Source: Syncephalis fuscata S228
Lineage: Eukaryota > Fungi > Zoopagomycota
Direction of reading: 5' to 3'
Assembly (NCBI GenBank): GCA_025786725.1
Contig: JAHLTZ010000006.1
Location: 434,001 to 498,000, forward strand
DNA: 64,000 bases
Under the pieces are notes generated by a model. It worked only from the letters and a program-made list of their open reading frames with translations, ran no database searches and was not told the DNA's origin. Within the stretch, counting starts at the first letter, position 1, and each line of letters starts with the position of its first letter. Below, piece after piece: positions 41,367 through 54,037 of this stretch. A program made the translations under genes and the position numbers.

Positions 41367-42970
41367 GATTGAATACAGTAAATGATTGAGTAGTTGTTTA
41401 GCCTAGTGTTTCTGAACGTTTAATAAAGCAAGGATGAATATTGAAGCTAGTTCTTGGGAAATTGTTGAATTTCAGACCTGAAAGCGGTGCTTTTAGAACA
41501 ATTAAAAGACCGTCTTTGTGATATTCAAGCAAGAATTAAGCCAAATAGTGAGAAAAGAGTCAAAGCGAGTTGATGTGTGCTAATAATTAGTTGTATCTGT
41601 CTAGTCGTTTTATATAAAGTACGTGTTTTTTTTCAATTGTCAACAATAAACATAATACGAGCGCAAAGTGAACAACTCTGACTTGCGTGGTCATGCCGCA
41701 ATATGTTGCGTCATTGAATAGAGCTCTTGATTAGACATGAGTCATATTTCCTAATCTGGATTTAATTTTATTATATCCATTTTTGGTAATTCCATAATTT
41801 AGTCTTCTTACTTTTGTATATACATAATTAAGATTCAATATGATTAACAAGAATAAGACATATGGTATATCCATTACTGTTTCCTAACTAAACTATCAAT
41901 TATGATTTATGAATATTAATGCATAAATGATGTATATAAATATTTGCTTCTAAATTTAAGCAGTTTTATATTTTAATTTATTAATAAAACATGAAACAGT
42001 ACCCATAAACTAGTGTTTATTCTTCGGACTAAATTACGGTGTTAATTATATTTTTAATAATACTTTTGCATACATGTAAATAGCTATATAAATAAATAAA
42101 ACAGATGCACAATAGCAGCAAAGATAGTCATCATATCAATGAATCGACATAAGTATCGTACGCATACCAATATGATTGAACATGACATAATAACCAGCAA
42201 CCAATTTGACATTATCAATGTGCATAGTAGCTATTATATTAAACTTTAGCATCATATGTATATTTTTTAATAAAATTAATTACATGGCATTAATTAGTAA
42301 ATTGTTTAGTTCTGCAGTTATGTATATCAAAGCAACTAAAATCTATTATATATATTACGATCGTAAATTTGTTTCTAGACATTTTAGAGTTTTAGAAAAC
42401 GGTAATTACATATTAGCTGTAGCACTAATTGCAATAAAAATGCCTCTAGTACTTAATATGGCAATGATAATAACGATCAAGCAATAGGAATAATGTCGAA
42501 GTTGTAATGGTTTTATTGGAAAACGAATAGCTATTAAAGATGAATTAATCATCACCTCTCATCTTCAGGCAATAAATTATTCAGATTAATATGTTGAAGT
42601 TGCAAAACTACCTTACATATCATTAATGCAAAACATGCACATATTACTGAATTAATACAGGTTGTACTGTTTCTTGCTTTATTGTAAATATATGTGCTGC
42701 CATTTTATATAAGCAAATACTGCCTATTATTTCGTAACTATTACAGTATTGAAAATAATGAAATAAAACATAAAAATAGCTATAAAATCTATATAGTGTA
42801 CTGCTACAAATTGATTTCAGCATGTTTAAACCAAATATGCAATTGTATAGATTAATGGCTAGATGGCTTATTTTGTAGATTGCCAGCTATTAATCTGTAC
42901 TATTATATAAAAAATGTCCAATTAAGAAACAGTTATCATGTGCTGGTGAACCATCAACATAGCAATTATT

Positions 42971-43676
42971 CTAATTAACCAATGTTTTTTCAGTATCAGT
43001 TGATGGTGGAGGCGCCTCATTAGCAATATTCAGATCATCAGGAGTTGACCATTGCAGCATAACACGCCGTATTAAAATAATTAAAGCAATTTGCAAATAA
43101 GCACCAATGAATACAAAATAAGCACCATCGCCATCTGCTTAATATTAATTAACAAATACTATAATACATCTTGCTGTTTATACTTACTCATTAGCTGAAT
43201 GCCCATGATTAAACTGGTAATTGCCAGCAGCCAAGCACTAATACCACACAGAAATAACGCCCAAAAGCCGATTTTATTATGTTGGGTGGTAGATGGCGCT
43301 GTAACTGATTGCCACCATAGTCGTGCAATGTTGAGTAGCGCATAAACACCCAAAAGCACAAATGATATGTAGCCAATAATCCCATGCGTTGAATACGTAC
43401 TCCATGTATGATCGGGTCGAATAACAGACATTAGTAGGCCAACGGTAATTAACAGAAAAGAAGCTACTAGCGTTTTTACGTACAAATAAATCCACGTAAA
43501 TGATGACTGTCCATCTGTGCTATTAATCCAGTAACGCTGTAGTTGCGTCTCAAAAATGGCTGCCAAGGGAAAGCATACCAGCACGCTCACCTAACATGGT
43601 CACCTAACAAGAAATATTCATTAAGCCTACCTACCCCTGTAAGTATAATATGCATTAGCAAGAGAATGTCATCCAT
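42971..43676 (-). CDS. Small multi-pass membrane protein, cytochrome b561-like, 3 exons
   Basis: MDDILLLMHIILTG|VSVLVCFPLAA...WIYLY...STHGIIG...LLAITSLIMG|...; about five TM helices with b561-like spacing. Confidence 0.55.
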
Positions 43677-43949
43677 CTTATCTGTTAGTGGATTTTAAAA
43701 CGAATTGTAACAATGTTTAAATAAAATTGTATTTTTCATTAACCTCCGCAATTACTGCATTATATACTGTTGAATCATATAATGCTGTGAAATCAATGGT
43801 AAATACCATTCTCCCATTGAGCAGTTCACGTGTACCATCGGCCTCATTAATATTTGCTGAGTGAATATTATTCACAAGCGATCGTTTATAAATTGTAAAA
43901 ATGATATCATCCTTTACTAAGTAATTCTTTTCCTATATATCTTTACACT

Positions 43950-45900
43950 ATGGCAGGTCATAAGCTGTTTGCCACGCTTTATTCTCGTCTACTCGACACA
44001 GATACATATTTTTTCATAAACTGGGTCACTGACCATTTGTTGGGTGGTAGTGTGTGGGTAATAGTGCTCTTGGCAGCAGCGATTGTCTTGGCAATAGTTT
44101 TCTTGATAAGATACGTCAGGAAAACTATGGGACAACAAATTGCCAGACTTGAAGAAAGGCGTGTTCATAGCAACACTGCTAGTGTTCGAAAAGCACGTAC
44201 AGCAAAAAGTCAATTACAAACGGTAGCGGGCGCGAATTCCAGCAATAAGCACGATAGAAAGTTAGAAAATGCTTCGCCTAGTCCATTCTTAGTAGTATTA
44301 TTGGCGCCTGTTGCTTTGCTTACACTGCTGGCCATGTCTGCGTATAGAGTAATAAAGAGAACTGCCCAGTTTATTTTCGCATGGATACTATTTAATGTAT
44401 CGTATCCTCGAAGAAAGTAGCACATTGGCTGCGTAGCATCAATTATTCTTGTTTGGTCGCTATATGGCAAGCTTATCAGCGTTACTTGTTTAGAATATAC
44501 GCTACTTCGAAGCTGCTATGGTTAAATCAGTGGCATAAGATATTTTAATCATTGTATTTTATTGGGAGCCGATCTACTGTTTGGTTGCCAAAGTGCTTTT
44601 GTCAAGTGTACAAGTTAGTCGTCAGCTTGTAACTATTGTAGCGGCTTATTCTCATCAATGTACGACTGGATTATTTTTATTATTCAAAGTAGTATTATAT
44701 TTTTTATACAGCTATGGCATAGCAGCTTGTTGTGGCGCAAAAGATTGACAGCCAGTTTACTGTTTTGGTGTAAAGCCTATTTAATCACTTTTATCGATGC
44801 TGCTGCTCTTTTGCACCTTTATGTTTGTAAGTTAGCCATAGCGGGAAGACACCAATGGCAGAGTAGAAGACTACAAATATACGTGGCATGGGCCCATTTC
44901 TGGCAACACCATCGTCTACAATTATGTCAATATCAATGGATATATAACTTGATTTATATTCAAATGCAACAGTTAATACAATGGCCAACAAAATATACCA
45001 TTGTTTATCGCTAATATCAGCTCATGTTCTCATGAAACCATGGATAATCGATTTCAACTATTTTTCAAGACAACAATTAAGTCGATGGATGATACATATT
45101 TTTTGCTAATCAATAGAGAAAAAACAGCCTGGCGTCACTTGGTGCGCTGCGGTGTAGAAGATTACCTTCATACACCGCTACGCATACTCTTGCTCATAGT
45201 TCAAGACAGCTGGCTGCTACTTCGGCTTATATATTTCTATTTCACGGTTGCTATAAAGCCGATAAGTCGTTATTGTCAAAACTTTAGTCAGCTATTGTTT
45301 TGCATAGCTCGAAATTAGCAACAGCCATGACATCAATGACTAGCTGGTTTCAGTTATTGTTTACAGGATTATGCTTCCGATGGCTGTTCAAGCTATCTAT
45401 GAGTATCTATAATTGCCTTAATGCCTTTGGAGTTCATGTTATTCATTTAATTGTTAACAGCTACAAAGGAATTGTCCATCAAATAACATTTTACGCACCA
45501 TATTTGAAAAAAACAGCATGGATATGGCTGATAGGAATGTCATCGTATACTTTTACATTTTATACGATGATTGTTTTATTTATCAAACAAATAATAGCCA
45601 CACTGCTGCTACCATCGGTCCGTTTTGCCATCAAGTGATTTACTGGTCCAGATGGCTTTTGGAAATATCAAAACTTTTACTACGCAACAGTATATCCACT
45701 GTGCGATGGTGGATTCAGCGATAAATATATCACTATTGTTAATTTTTTATTTTTAAAATGCGCAATTTATTGTTATCACTGTTTCTTTACCACATTGTTA
45801 GAATTCGCTAAATTACATAAATAATCGGAGCTTTAATTTAAGCTTTGCCGCATCTATTGTGCTTAAAGTTTTCTTCCATCACACATTAATACTATGTGCT
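43950..45900 (+). CDS. Orphan hydrophobic/amphipathic protein (fragmented ORFs); possibly a pseudogene
   Basis: A chain of same-strand, overlapping or adjacent ORFs (43950-44420, 44658-45014, 45001-45318, 45300-45638, 45518-45724) with consistent W/I/L/F/basic composition. No motif recognised; 3' end approximate. Confidence 0.45.
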
Positions 45901-46154
45901 CTTGTTAGAGCTTTAACAGTATTAAAGAATAATAAAAGAAATAGCTTTTTTTACTCCAGCTTTAAATTATTCTACATATGTTAATTTGAGCGATATCTAA
46001 ACGCTAAAGTTATTTAATATTGATAATAACCATTTATTGAATTGCTATCAAACATCTAAGCTACTTCTTGTACTTTTTCTTGTCATTTGGTTGCTTGTTC
46101 AGTGTTATGTCATTACATTACTGATGATTTAACAATATTTTATTTACCTATTAT

Positions 46155-47396
46155 AAGGGGGATTTAGAAAAATACACCGGTTTTAAATTTCTCCATAATA
46201 AATTTAATAAATAAAAATAGATCATTTTTAAATTTTATTTATTAAAATACGCCGTTTTGAAAAATCTACCAAATGTCTACCAAAATATTTAAAAAAACTA
46301 TATTTAATAGTATTGAAAAACTAAGGGCCACTATTGACAAGTTTAAGCTTGTTAACGGTTGCAATTTTAAGAGGAAAAATAGTGATTCAACAAGATTACA
46401 GCGTATTTGCCCTCATGAAGACCGTTCCAGCAACAAATGTCATTTTGTTTTGACTGCCAGAAAGCAAAAAACTGGCCTACTAAAGATCACCCAGTACAAT
46501 ATTAAACATTTTAATGTTGTTCATATAACTCTGGTAATAATAATATTAAATCTATAATAAATATATTACAAATGATGTTGCTACATTTTCAAATGTAAAA
46601 TCAAAATATGCGCAAATAAAAGCATTAAGTACATATTTGATTATTTAATATAAACTAACAATTGTAATAGCTTAATAAATGCTATTATTTTTTATTACAA
46701 AGTTTGGTCTGCTTTTAATTAAATAAAAAATAACATTGTTATAACAACAGTAATAAAATGATGTAACTTTGATCAAATAGCTAAAGATAAAAAATAAATA
46801 GAAATATTAGCTTAGTCAAATGTTTTAATATCAATTTAGTAAAGAATATTATTAGTATCAAATGAATTTAACTTATAAAAATACCTCGAATTAACAGATT
46901 TATAACAAAAATTGTAGTCGTATAAATTTTGATAATAAATAAGTAAAGTTTTAAATTAAAATTGTTGCATTTATTGTAAATACATAATAGTGTTAAATTT
47001 AAAACTTTACTTATTTATGTAATTTAGTTAATTGTAGCAATATTAACAACAATGCCAATTGTGTTTTATTTGTTAACTTCTAATGATACTTGTAGTAAAT
47101 ACATATAAAAAATACAATACAAGAAATATGTTATGTAAAAACTAGTACTAATAGTATTGAGACAGTAGTTGATGTTGAAATAAAAGTTTTTATTGAAAAA
47201 CAAATACAAAATACTAATGAAACAGCTATAAAAAAGAAAACATGCCACTAAAGAGTATCTAATTTGTGGTAAACGTTATTACAAAAAACGAAGTGTGGGG
47301 CAAATAAAAATTTTTATTAATAAATAATTTTTAAATTTTTAAAAGAGGAATTTATTATGGGGAAATTTAAATGGTGTATTTTTCTAATTTCCCCTT
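46155..47396 (+). mobile_element. Non-autonomous, decayed Mutator-like (MULE/MuDR) DNA transposon with ~50-bp TIRs
   Basis: Left TIR 46155-46204 (AAGGGGGATTTAGAAAAATACACC...CCATAATAAATT) matches the reverse complement of 47349-47396. ORF 46273-46557 resembles the MuDR N-terminal DNA-binding domain (FNSIEKLRATI..F...FKRKNSDSTR...C...C.F.L.A...H). Zn-knuckle-like remnant at ~47250-47300. Confidence 0.82.
46935..47018. repeat. 23-bp perfect inverted repeat (hairpin) inside the MULE
   Basis: ATAAATAAGTAAAGTTTTAAATT (46935-46957) and its reverse complement at 46996-47018. Confidence 0.85.
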
Positions 47397-50300
47397 CAAT
47401 TAAATATAACAGTAACAAAATACTATTTTATGCTTGATACTTGTTGCATAAATAATAATGAAACTACAGCTATATTTTGCAATGCAATATGTTGGCTACA
47501 ATAATCAACACTATAATAACTCATTCGAGCATGATGGCAAGCACTAATTATTGTCACAAATGTTTAATTTAAACCACTAAGCTAAAACTATAAACATTCA
47601 ACTAGCTGTAATAAGTAATCGTTGCTTGGCAATTGTATACGTAATGTAACATTTCGATTTTTCAAATATTTGAGTATGTCATTACATTGAATTAAAGAAA
47701 TACCATTGATTGTCGTAGTCGAATATAAGCTCCAGTCATATGACTTTGCGTGCTACTAGTGTGATACTGAATCATTCTTATTGCTTAAAACAACTATAGC
47801 TCGACAGCTTGATGATGTAGCATAGGCCCCAACAAGCATGCGCGTCAAATCATATGATAATGATACTACTGGGTTGATAAAAAACAAGCACGTGCATTAT
47901 TGTGCACTTGCAGTGTTTCTGGCGTGCGCACCTATCCCCGGCTTGGACGCCAGCACGACAAACATATATCTGCACGCGCTTACCGGACCACGCCTAATAT
48001 CTATCGTGCTCTGAGCGTGAGCTGCACACAAAACAAAGCATGCATATCGTTTGTATTGTGCTTTGTGGCCATCTCGACAGGTTGGAGTTGAAATATCATA
48101 TTTGCTTAAGACAAGGAACGAATCATTGGTGGGATTTCGTTTTGGAAATTTTCCAATGAAATTGGGGACATATTGTGTTTGTATAACACGCTTTATGCCT
48201 ATGGCAGCTGTCTATCGATGTCATACCAAATTTGTTCAGTCATAACGATACACTAACCTATCTAGTCTATCTCTCTAGCCATTATCTTGTTTATTTCATT
48301 GTTTTTTTAATAACTCGTAGATTTAAAAAAGCTAGTGGATACAAGTACCAGCTTGCATTATTTTGACTAGAATTTCCATTTCTCTATTCTTTGTCATCCT
48401 CTCGTCATTGGATCTCGGGCCTGCCTGACATTCTCGCCTTTGTGCCATGTATGTTGCCGTATGAATAGGCGAAGGAGCATGAATATCCGTTCGCCTTCCT
48501 ATAGCGCTCATATTGTGTACGCACATCGCCCATTCACACGTCTATTGACACATTGCATTCTCGTATAAACCTATCATTTTCTTTATTACAGCCACGGTGC
48601 CCATCACCAACCGTCCGTCGTCTTTAATAAACAACGCACTGCGCCTTCCTAACATTTTAATCTACATCCATAGGTGCACAGCACCGGCCAGCTTGCATCA
48701 ATGAAATACATGTGATCCTATAGAGTGCCCCTTGTTCTTTCTACAGTATTATATTAGTACTTGCCTGTATTGTATTTTTTTTACTATATAGACCATTTGA
48801 ACTACACCGACGCCGATCCTTTTACTATTGTCTTTACATTGTCTATTCGCAAAAAGATCCGATTGTTTGATCGTTCTATAGTCAGCGTCATTATATTTCC
48901 GAACACCGCTCCTCTCTAGCTGTGGCAATCGTGACGCACACACTCCTATTGCCGTCATCATCGTCGTCATCGCATCACCATTTCCATTATTATCATCATC
49001 GCCATCACCGTCATCCTCAATAGTACACAAACATAAATCGTTGTAATAACTTTTATTCGGCTTTCTCTCTGTGTGCCAACAGTGTTTTAATCATTGTCAT
49101 ATTCTGCCTTCAACACTACTCCTGTTTGACCGTTGTCTTTTCGCCCTTATCATAGGCCTAATCCGTCAAACAGCAGTTTGATCTGCGCCTACAAATAATC
49201 GTCAAGTCGACCTTGTAGGTCGTTGCCACGCCACTACTCCGTGTACGTGTTCATAGTCCTTCTCCTGCTCTATTCGACTATCTTGTTAATATTCAAGTTC
49301 ATTCAGCCAGTATACTGTGTTTATTAATACGTGTGACTGGTTTTACCGTCTCAGCCCAACATACGCTTGCCTGCGCTTGTCTCCTCGCTCCCCTTTCTTC
49401 GATATCTTCATTTATTGTTATTTACTCTCGCAACTCAAATAATCGGCCTATTGGCGCTATATCAAGTTCCAGCTCAGCCTAAAATCCAGCTATTGATACA
49501 GTTCCGGGTAAGTAACCGACATCATAAACGGCATTTTTCTCTTTGTCTTGTTCCCTGCCCATCAGTTCTAGTCTGCAGAGACGATGAAACATATGAGCCC
49601 CTGTCTATGGCTAGAACATGTGTATTATTTTATGACAACAGCGAATTCAAAAAGTCCTTTACCAACCAATTCAGTGTGATCATTTTGTGATACAACGTTA
49701 GCATTGCACGTGAGCCAACATTATTACCGGCAGAACTTGTATTTGCTGGTTGGTGGACAATAGCCACGTTACTTTTTAACATCCTATGTTGGAAAAATGT
49801 TGCTATTTTTACAATTTTATTTAAATTATGCTGTAAAATCATTTTGTACTTTATTGAAACAAAATGAGAGCCCACAGCTTGGTTACACGCTTTGTATTGC
49901 AATTTCTCGGCAAACTTGTGTGCATGGCAATGGGTGGCAAAAATGTTTTGCATGATTTTAGCACGCCTGTTCGATCTCATGAGTTGAGCGGCGTAGTGTT
50001 GCCACGTCATCCGACAACTGTAACGCGCCACACCTAGTTAACTATGCTCAGGGGAGGGATAAATGAAATTAAGGGCAAGGATGGAACTAGTATTAATAGT
50101 AGCGGCGGCAGCACTATTAATAACAGTAGCTGTACTAATAAGAGACAAGACAACAAAGAAAAACAAGTTGCCTGAGGGTAACCTGCATGGTAAAACGCCA
50201 TATATACTTATTAGTACAAAGTAACAGTAAAGTGTATTTTATTTAAGTAATTTTATCCCCGATACTTGTGGCCACGGCGGCCGTCGTTTTAGCACAGCTT

Positions 50301-51110
50301 TATGTTTTTGTTAAATCATGCCGTTAAAACTTCTGGCATACAGTTCCCTGATCCTTGCAAATCCATCCACGTTCCAGAATGGTCTGCGGTCGTGGAGAAT
50401 GAGGAGTCTTAGACGAGGGGAAAGGTGAGGGAAAGCACATGCACACATGGGCGCATGTGTATGAGCTGAAACAAGGGTCAGTTTCTAGTGTGCAGTGAGC
50501 GACTGAGGAGAGCGGCAATGGACCGAGACGCCCCGCCGCCTCTGCTATACTATTGTCACAGCTGCTGCCGCTACTCCTACGGCTATTGTCCGTTACTACC
50601 GTGCAGTTATTACTGCTGCTATTACACTGTTGTTATTACACTGCTGTTTTTTTCTCCCCCATACTTTGCTTGTTTTACCATCGACTTTCTCCTTTGCGCC
50701 ATTTTCAGACATACGTGTATAGATATATAACTATCGTTTCCTGCTCACCGGTCTGTTTGAAAGTGTTTTTTCTCTTTGTTACAGTGTCGTAATAATTCGT
50801 AACTACGACTGTTTTTTCCTAGCCTTTTAATACTGCGCCTTTACTGTAGTCATTACTTTCATCTCTTTACTGCCTTCAATCGTCTTTTTAAATTCATTGA
50901 TTAATTCGTGTTCCGCTGTAGTTGCCATTGCCGTCGTTGTCGTTGTCGTTGTTGTCTTTGCTCGAAACTTTTCGCTTATACTTTGCTTTCAACGTATTCT
51001 ATACATTACATATTTTCTGTTACTCTACCGAAGGGCCTAGCTTCTAGTCTGGTATTAGTCGAATCTTCTTTCTTTCTTTACCGTTGACTCGGTACGAGTG
51101 TTGCTTAAAG

Positions 51111-52210
51111 GTAAATACCTTCCCCTTTTACAGTATGTCAGTCGTAAATGTATCGCGCATACTATAGGCCTTTTTCTGGCTAAATAGCATATAGAACTGA
51201 ATGTTTGCATACTCAGTTACACGGGATAATTCTAACGTTGATTTTATTATTATCTTTAGTTCTTTCAAAGTTTCCTCAGTATCACATTGATCTAGCCGTA
51301 TCATAGGTGTACTACCTAGGTAAGTTGTTGTGGCGACTATAGAATGGTATAGCCATACACTCCTTTTAAGCGGGGTGTTGCTGCAACAGTCTACAGAACG
51401 GAGCTGTAGAAGCGGCGTGTTTGTGTATCTTTACTGTATGTTTAGAGGAAGAGTAGTGATAGGTTTGTATGGCTGATGTACGGATCGGGCCATAGTTGTA
51501 CAAACAAGGTTGCTTCTTTGGTTATATGCCTCCGCGCTGACTTTACACGTGCACCATGCGTGTTACTTTCTAAAACGCAACGGAAAGTACTGTTTTTAAA
51601 CTTGCTAAATCTATGGCATCTTTCCACACGAGCAAGAGGGCTTATGTAGTCCGATTGCGGACATATATTGCTGGATGGTTGGCGTGTGCCCATCTACGCC
51701 ATGTGTTGAGTTATTTAGCACTGCTGCTACTCGGAATAGAAATTGTTACAGACCCATATGTTTGATTGATCTTTCCTACTAAAAAGATTCCATTCATGTG
51801 AATCCACCTACCATTTTAGTAGAAAGGTTTTTTTTCAAACAATGTGTGCGGTATATGTGTGATATGTGTGTGTGATTTGTGATGTGTGTTTGTGTAGGCC
51901 AGATTGAAAAGTGTGAGTAAAGAAGCGACCGAACAAACAAGCGAAAACGACACAACAGCATCTTCTTTTTCGTTTCAGTTGTATTTCCTACGTTTATATG
52001 CTTGTTCATTCACTCATTCACTCATTCGCTTGCTCTTTCTTACGAATCCGACTATTGTTCGCTTATTTTATTTAATTGTTTACATTAATACTACGTCAAA
52101 CGTTTTTATAATAATATGTGCGTAGATATGGATATGGGGGCTGTATATACACTATCTACACTCAACCACATATGATATACATTTACTAACAATGATATTC
52201 GTTTGGTTAG
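51111..52210 (+). other. Probable 5'UTR introns of the 52244 gene (51111-51259 and ~51320-52210)
   Basis: First intron: AAG|GTAAAT, CTAAC branch, TTTAG acceptor. Second intron: TAG|GTAAGT, TACTAAC at 52184, TTAG at 52210. Confidence 0.55.
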
Positions 52211-52243
52211 TTAGTTTTCAAGTTTTATTTGTTCTAGTCCATT

Positions 52244-54037
52244 ATGACTACCGCTGTAGCTGCCTCCACTGTTGATCTGCATCAACAATTGATGGAAGTT
52301 GTAACTGAAGTTGAAACTACCCGTGCCATGTCGGTAGAGAGGCCGGGTAAACGAAAGCACTCGGAGGTTGATGTAGCCGACACAGATTTAGGCGTGGATC
52401 ATGTAGGTCCATCTGCCGTCAAACGTACTCACACTCGTTCCGCGTCCATGGCCAATACGGCTATTGGCGCTGATGATGACTGCCATGGTAGTGGCAGCAG
52501 TGATAGCACCAATGGCAACAACAACAACAGTAATAGTGGTAGTAGCAATAATAATATTGCTGCTGAATCTACCAACTTAATTGCCATGGACACAGCATCA
52601 TTGTCTTCCCGTGTTTCGTCCACTGAGCATACAATGCCTTTGGCAAGCCAAGATACGGACAAAATATGCGAATCAACCTTGCGTATGCGTCCTATTCAAC
52701 AAGGTATTCGTCGACAACGTCGTCCATCTTCACTGCGTTCTCGTGATGGTATTGGCGCCTTAATGCCAGCACCAGCCGGTGGTCCATTAACACCGCTGAC
52801 CCTTTGTCCTCCTGCATCGGCTACTGCAGCGACCATTGCCGCAACCATTGAGCGTGAATCTACCTTGAACGCAACAGCTTCACTTGAGAACGAAGAAGCA
52901 CCTTGGCTGGATGTTGATCGTAATGTACGTAAGATGGACGAGACATTTGACGCATCTTTCCATGCTTGGCTGCGCAATGAGGCCAACGTATGGGTGAGTG
53001 CTGGCTATTTGCAACGACTAGCCATCGAATATCCAGCTGAGCGAACAGCTCGTGCATTGGCCTGGTTGGCCGATGGATGGTCTGTTAGATCAGCAGCTGT
53101 ATTAGCTCGTGTAGTTACACTTCGATGGTGTTTGGCTGCTGGTATGGCGAGTCAAAGTACAACACCAGCCTCCTCTACTACTACAAGCTTTTCAGAAAAG
53201 CTATTTAAACAACAACATCAACAGCATCATCAGCAGCAGCAGCAGCAACATCACCACCATCAACAGCAGCACTCGTCATCGTCTGCTTTGCATTTGTCTG
53301 ATGCTGCTACTGTTTCTGGGCCACCTTCTGTACAGCGCTGCTGCCATTTATGCTGTGCTAGCACTACAGCGGCCTATCCACCTACACCCACCACGGCCAC
53401 CACACCAACAACGGCATCAATGCCGATCATGGCTGCCTCGTCCGATACTGGCTATTTGAATACAATGATTGTATCCGACTTGACACGATCCCATCAGCTA
53501 CGAGGTGTGGCCAAAGTTATTTGCGCCATTACCAGATCATATGCTCCAAGAGATGTGGGTCGACTGTTGACTGCGGCTTATGGTGATTTGGATGCACCAC
53601 GCCTACAAGCATTAGTAGAATTGGTAGGTGTAGGATGGCCAGCCAACGATTTCGCCGTACTAGTTAGCAGTCTTGGCGATCCAGTACCGGCTAATGTTCG
53701 TCTTGCTCTATTGGATCGTGTACGCCATACATTATCTATTGAACGTATAACTACTACTGCTGCCGCCATTATTCCTACACCAGCTACAGCCAGTACAAAT
53801 CCCACGGCTCGCTCCATCCGTCACCGATCAATGGCCAATGCAATGGCGGCCAATAGGACGGCTGCCATCGCGACTGCCAATGCTACTGCTACTGCCAACA
53901 ATCCAAGTTCATCGCGTCCACTAAATGCATTGCATATTCATACGGCGGCTACATCTTTTGCAAACCAATCGATTCCGCCTGCACCTCGATCTGCACCGTT
54001 ACTTGGTCGAATGGAAGTGTCATCTACTTCCCTTTAG
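52244..54037 (+). CDS. Uncharacterised 597-aa protein: NLS-like KRKH, low-complexity and poly-Q/H tracts, two Trp-containing helical blocks
   Basis: Uninterrupted 1.8-kb ORF with coding-like composition; no family recognised. Confidence 0.8.
   Translation: MTTAVAASTVDLHQQLMEVVTEVETTRAMSVERPGKRKHSEVDVADTDLGVDHVGPSAVKRTHTRSASMANTAIGADDDCHGSGSSDSTNGNNNNSNSGSSNNNIAAESTNLIAMDTASLSSRVSSTEHTMPLASQDTDKICESTLRMRPIQQGIRRQRRPSSLRSRDGIGALMPAPAGGPLTPLTLCPPASATAATIAATIERESTLNATASLENEEAPWLDVDRNVRKMDETFDASFHAWLRNEANVWVSAGYLQRLAIEYPAERTARALAWLADGWSVRSAAVLARVVTLRWCLAAGMASQSTTPASSTTTSFSEKLFKQQHQQHHQQQQQQHHHHQQQHSSSSALHLSDAATVSGPPSVQRCCHLCCASTTAAYPPTPTTATTPTTASMPIMAASSDTGYLNTMIVSDLTRSHQLRGVAKVICAITRSYAPRDVGRLLTAAYGDLDAPRLQALVELVGVGWPANDFAVLVSSLGDPVPANVRLALLDRVRHTLSIERITTTAAAIIPTPATASTNPTARSIRHRSMANAMAANRTAAIATANATATANNPSSSRPLNALHIHTAATSFANQSIPPAPRSAPLLGRMEVSSTSL

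Noticed and set aside
46140-47410. 9-bp target-site duplication around the MULE
   Set aside because: The left flank (…CCTATTAT) and right flank (CAATTAAAT…) do not match, so no TSD is claimed.
47900-52125. Short ORFs on both strands (e.g. 49367-49690, 49630-50031, 48749-49030)
   Set aside because: No motifs, mostly non-ATG starts and low-complexity composition; treated as non-coding or UTR.
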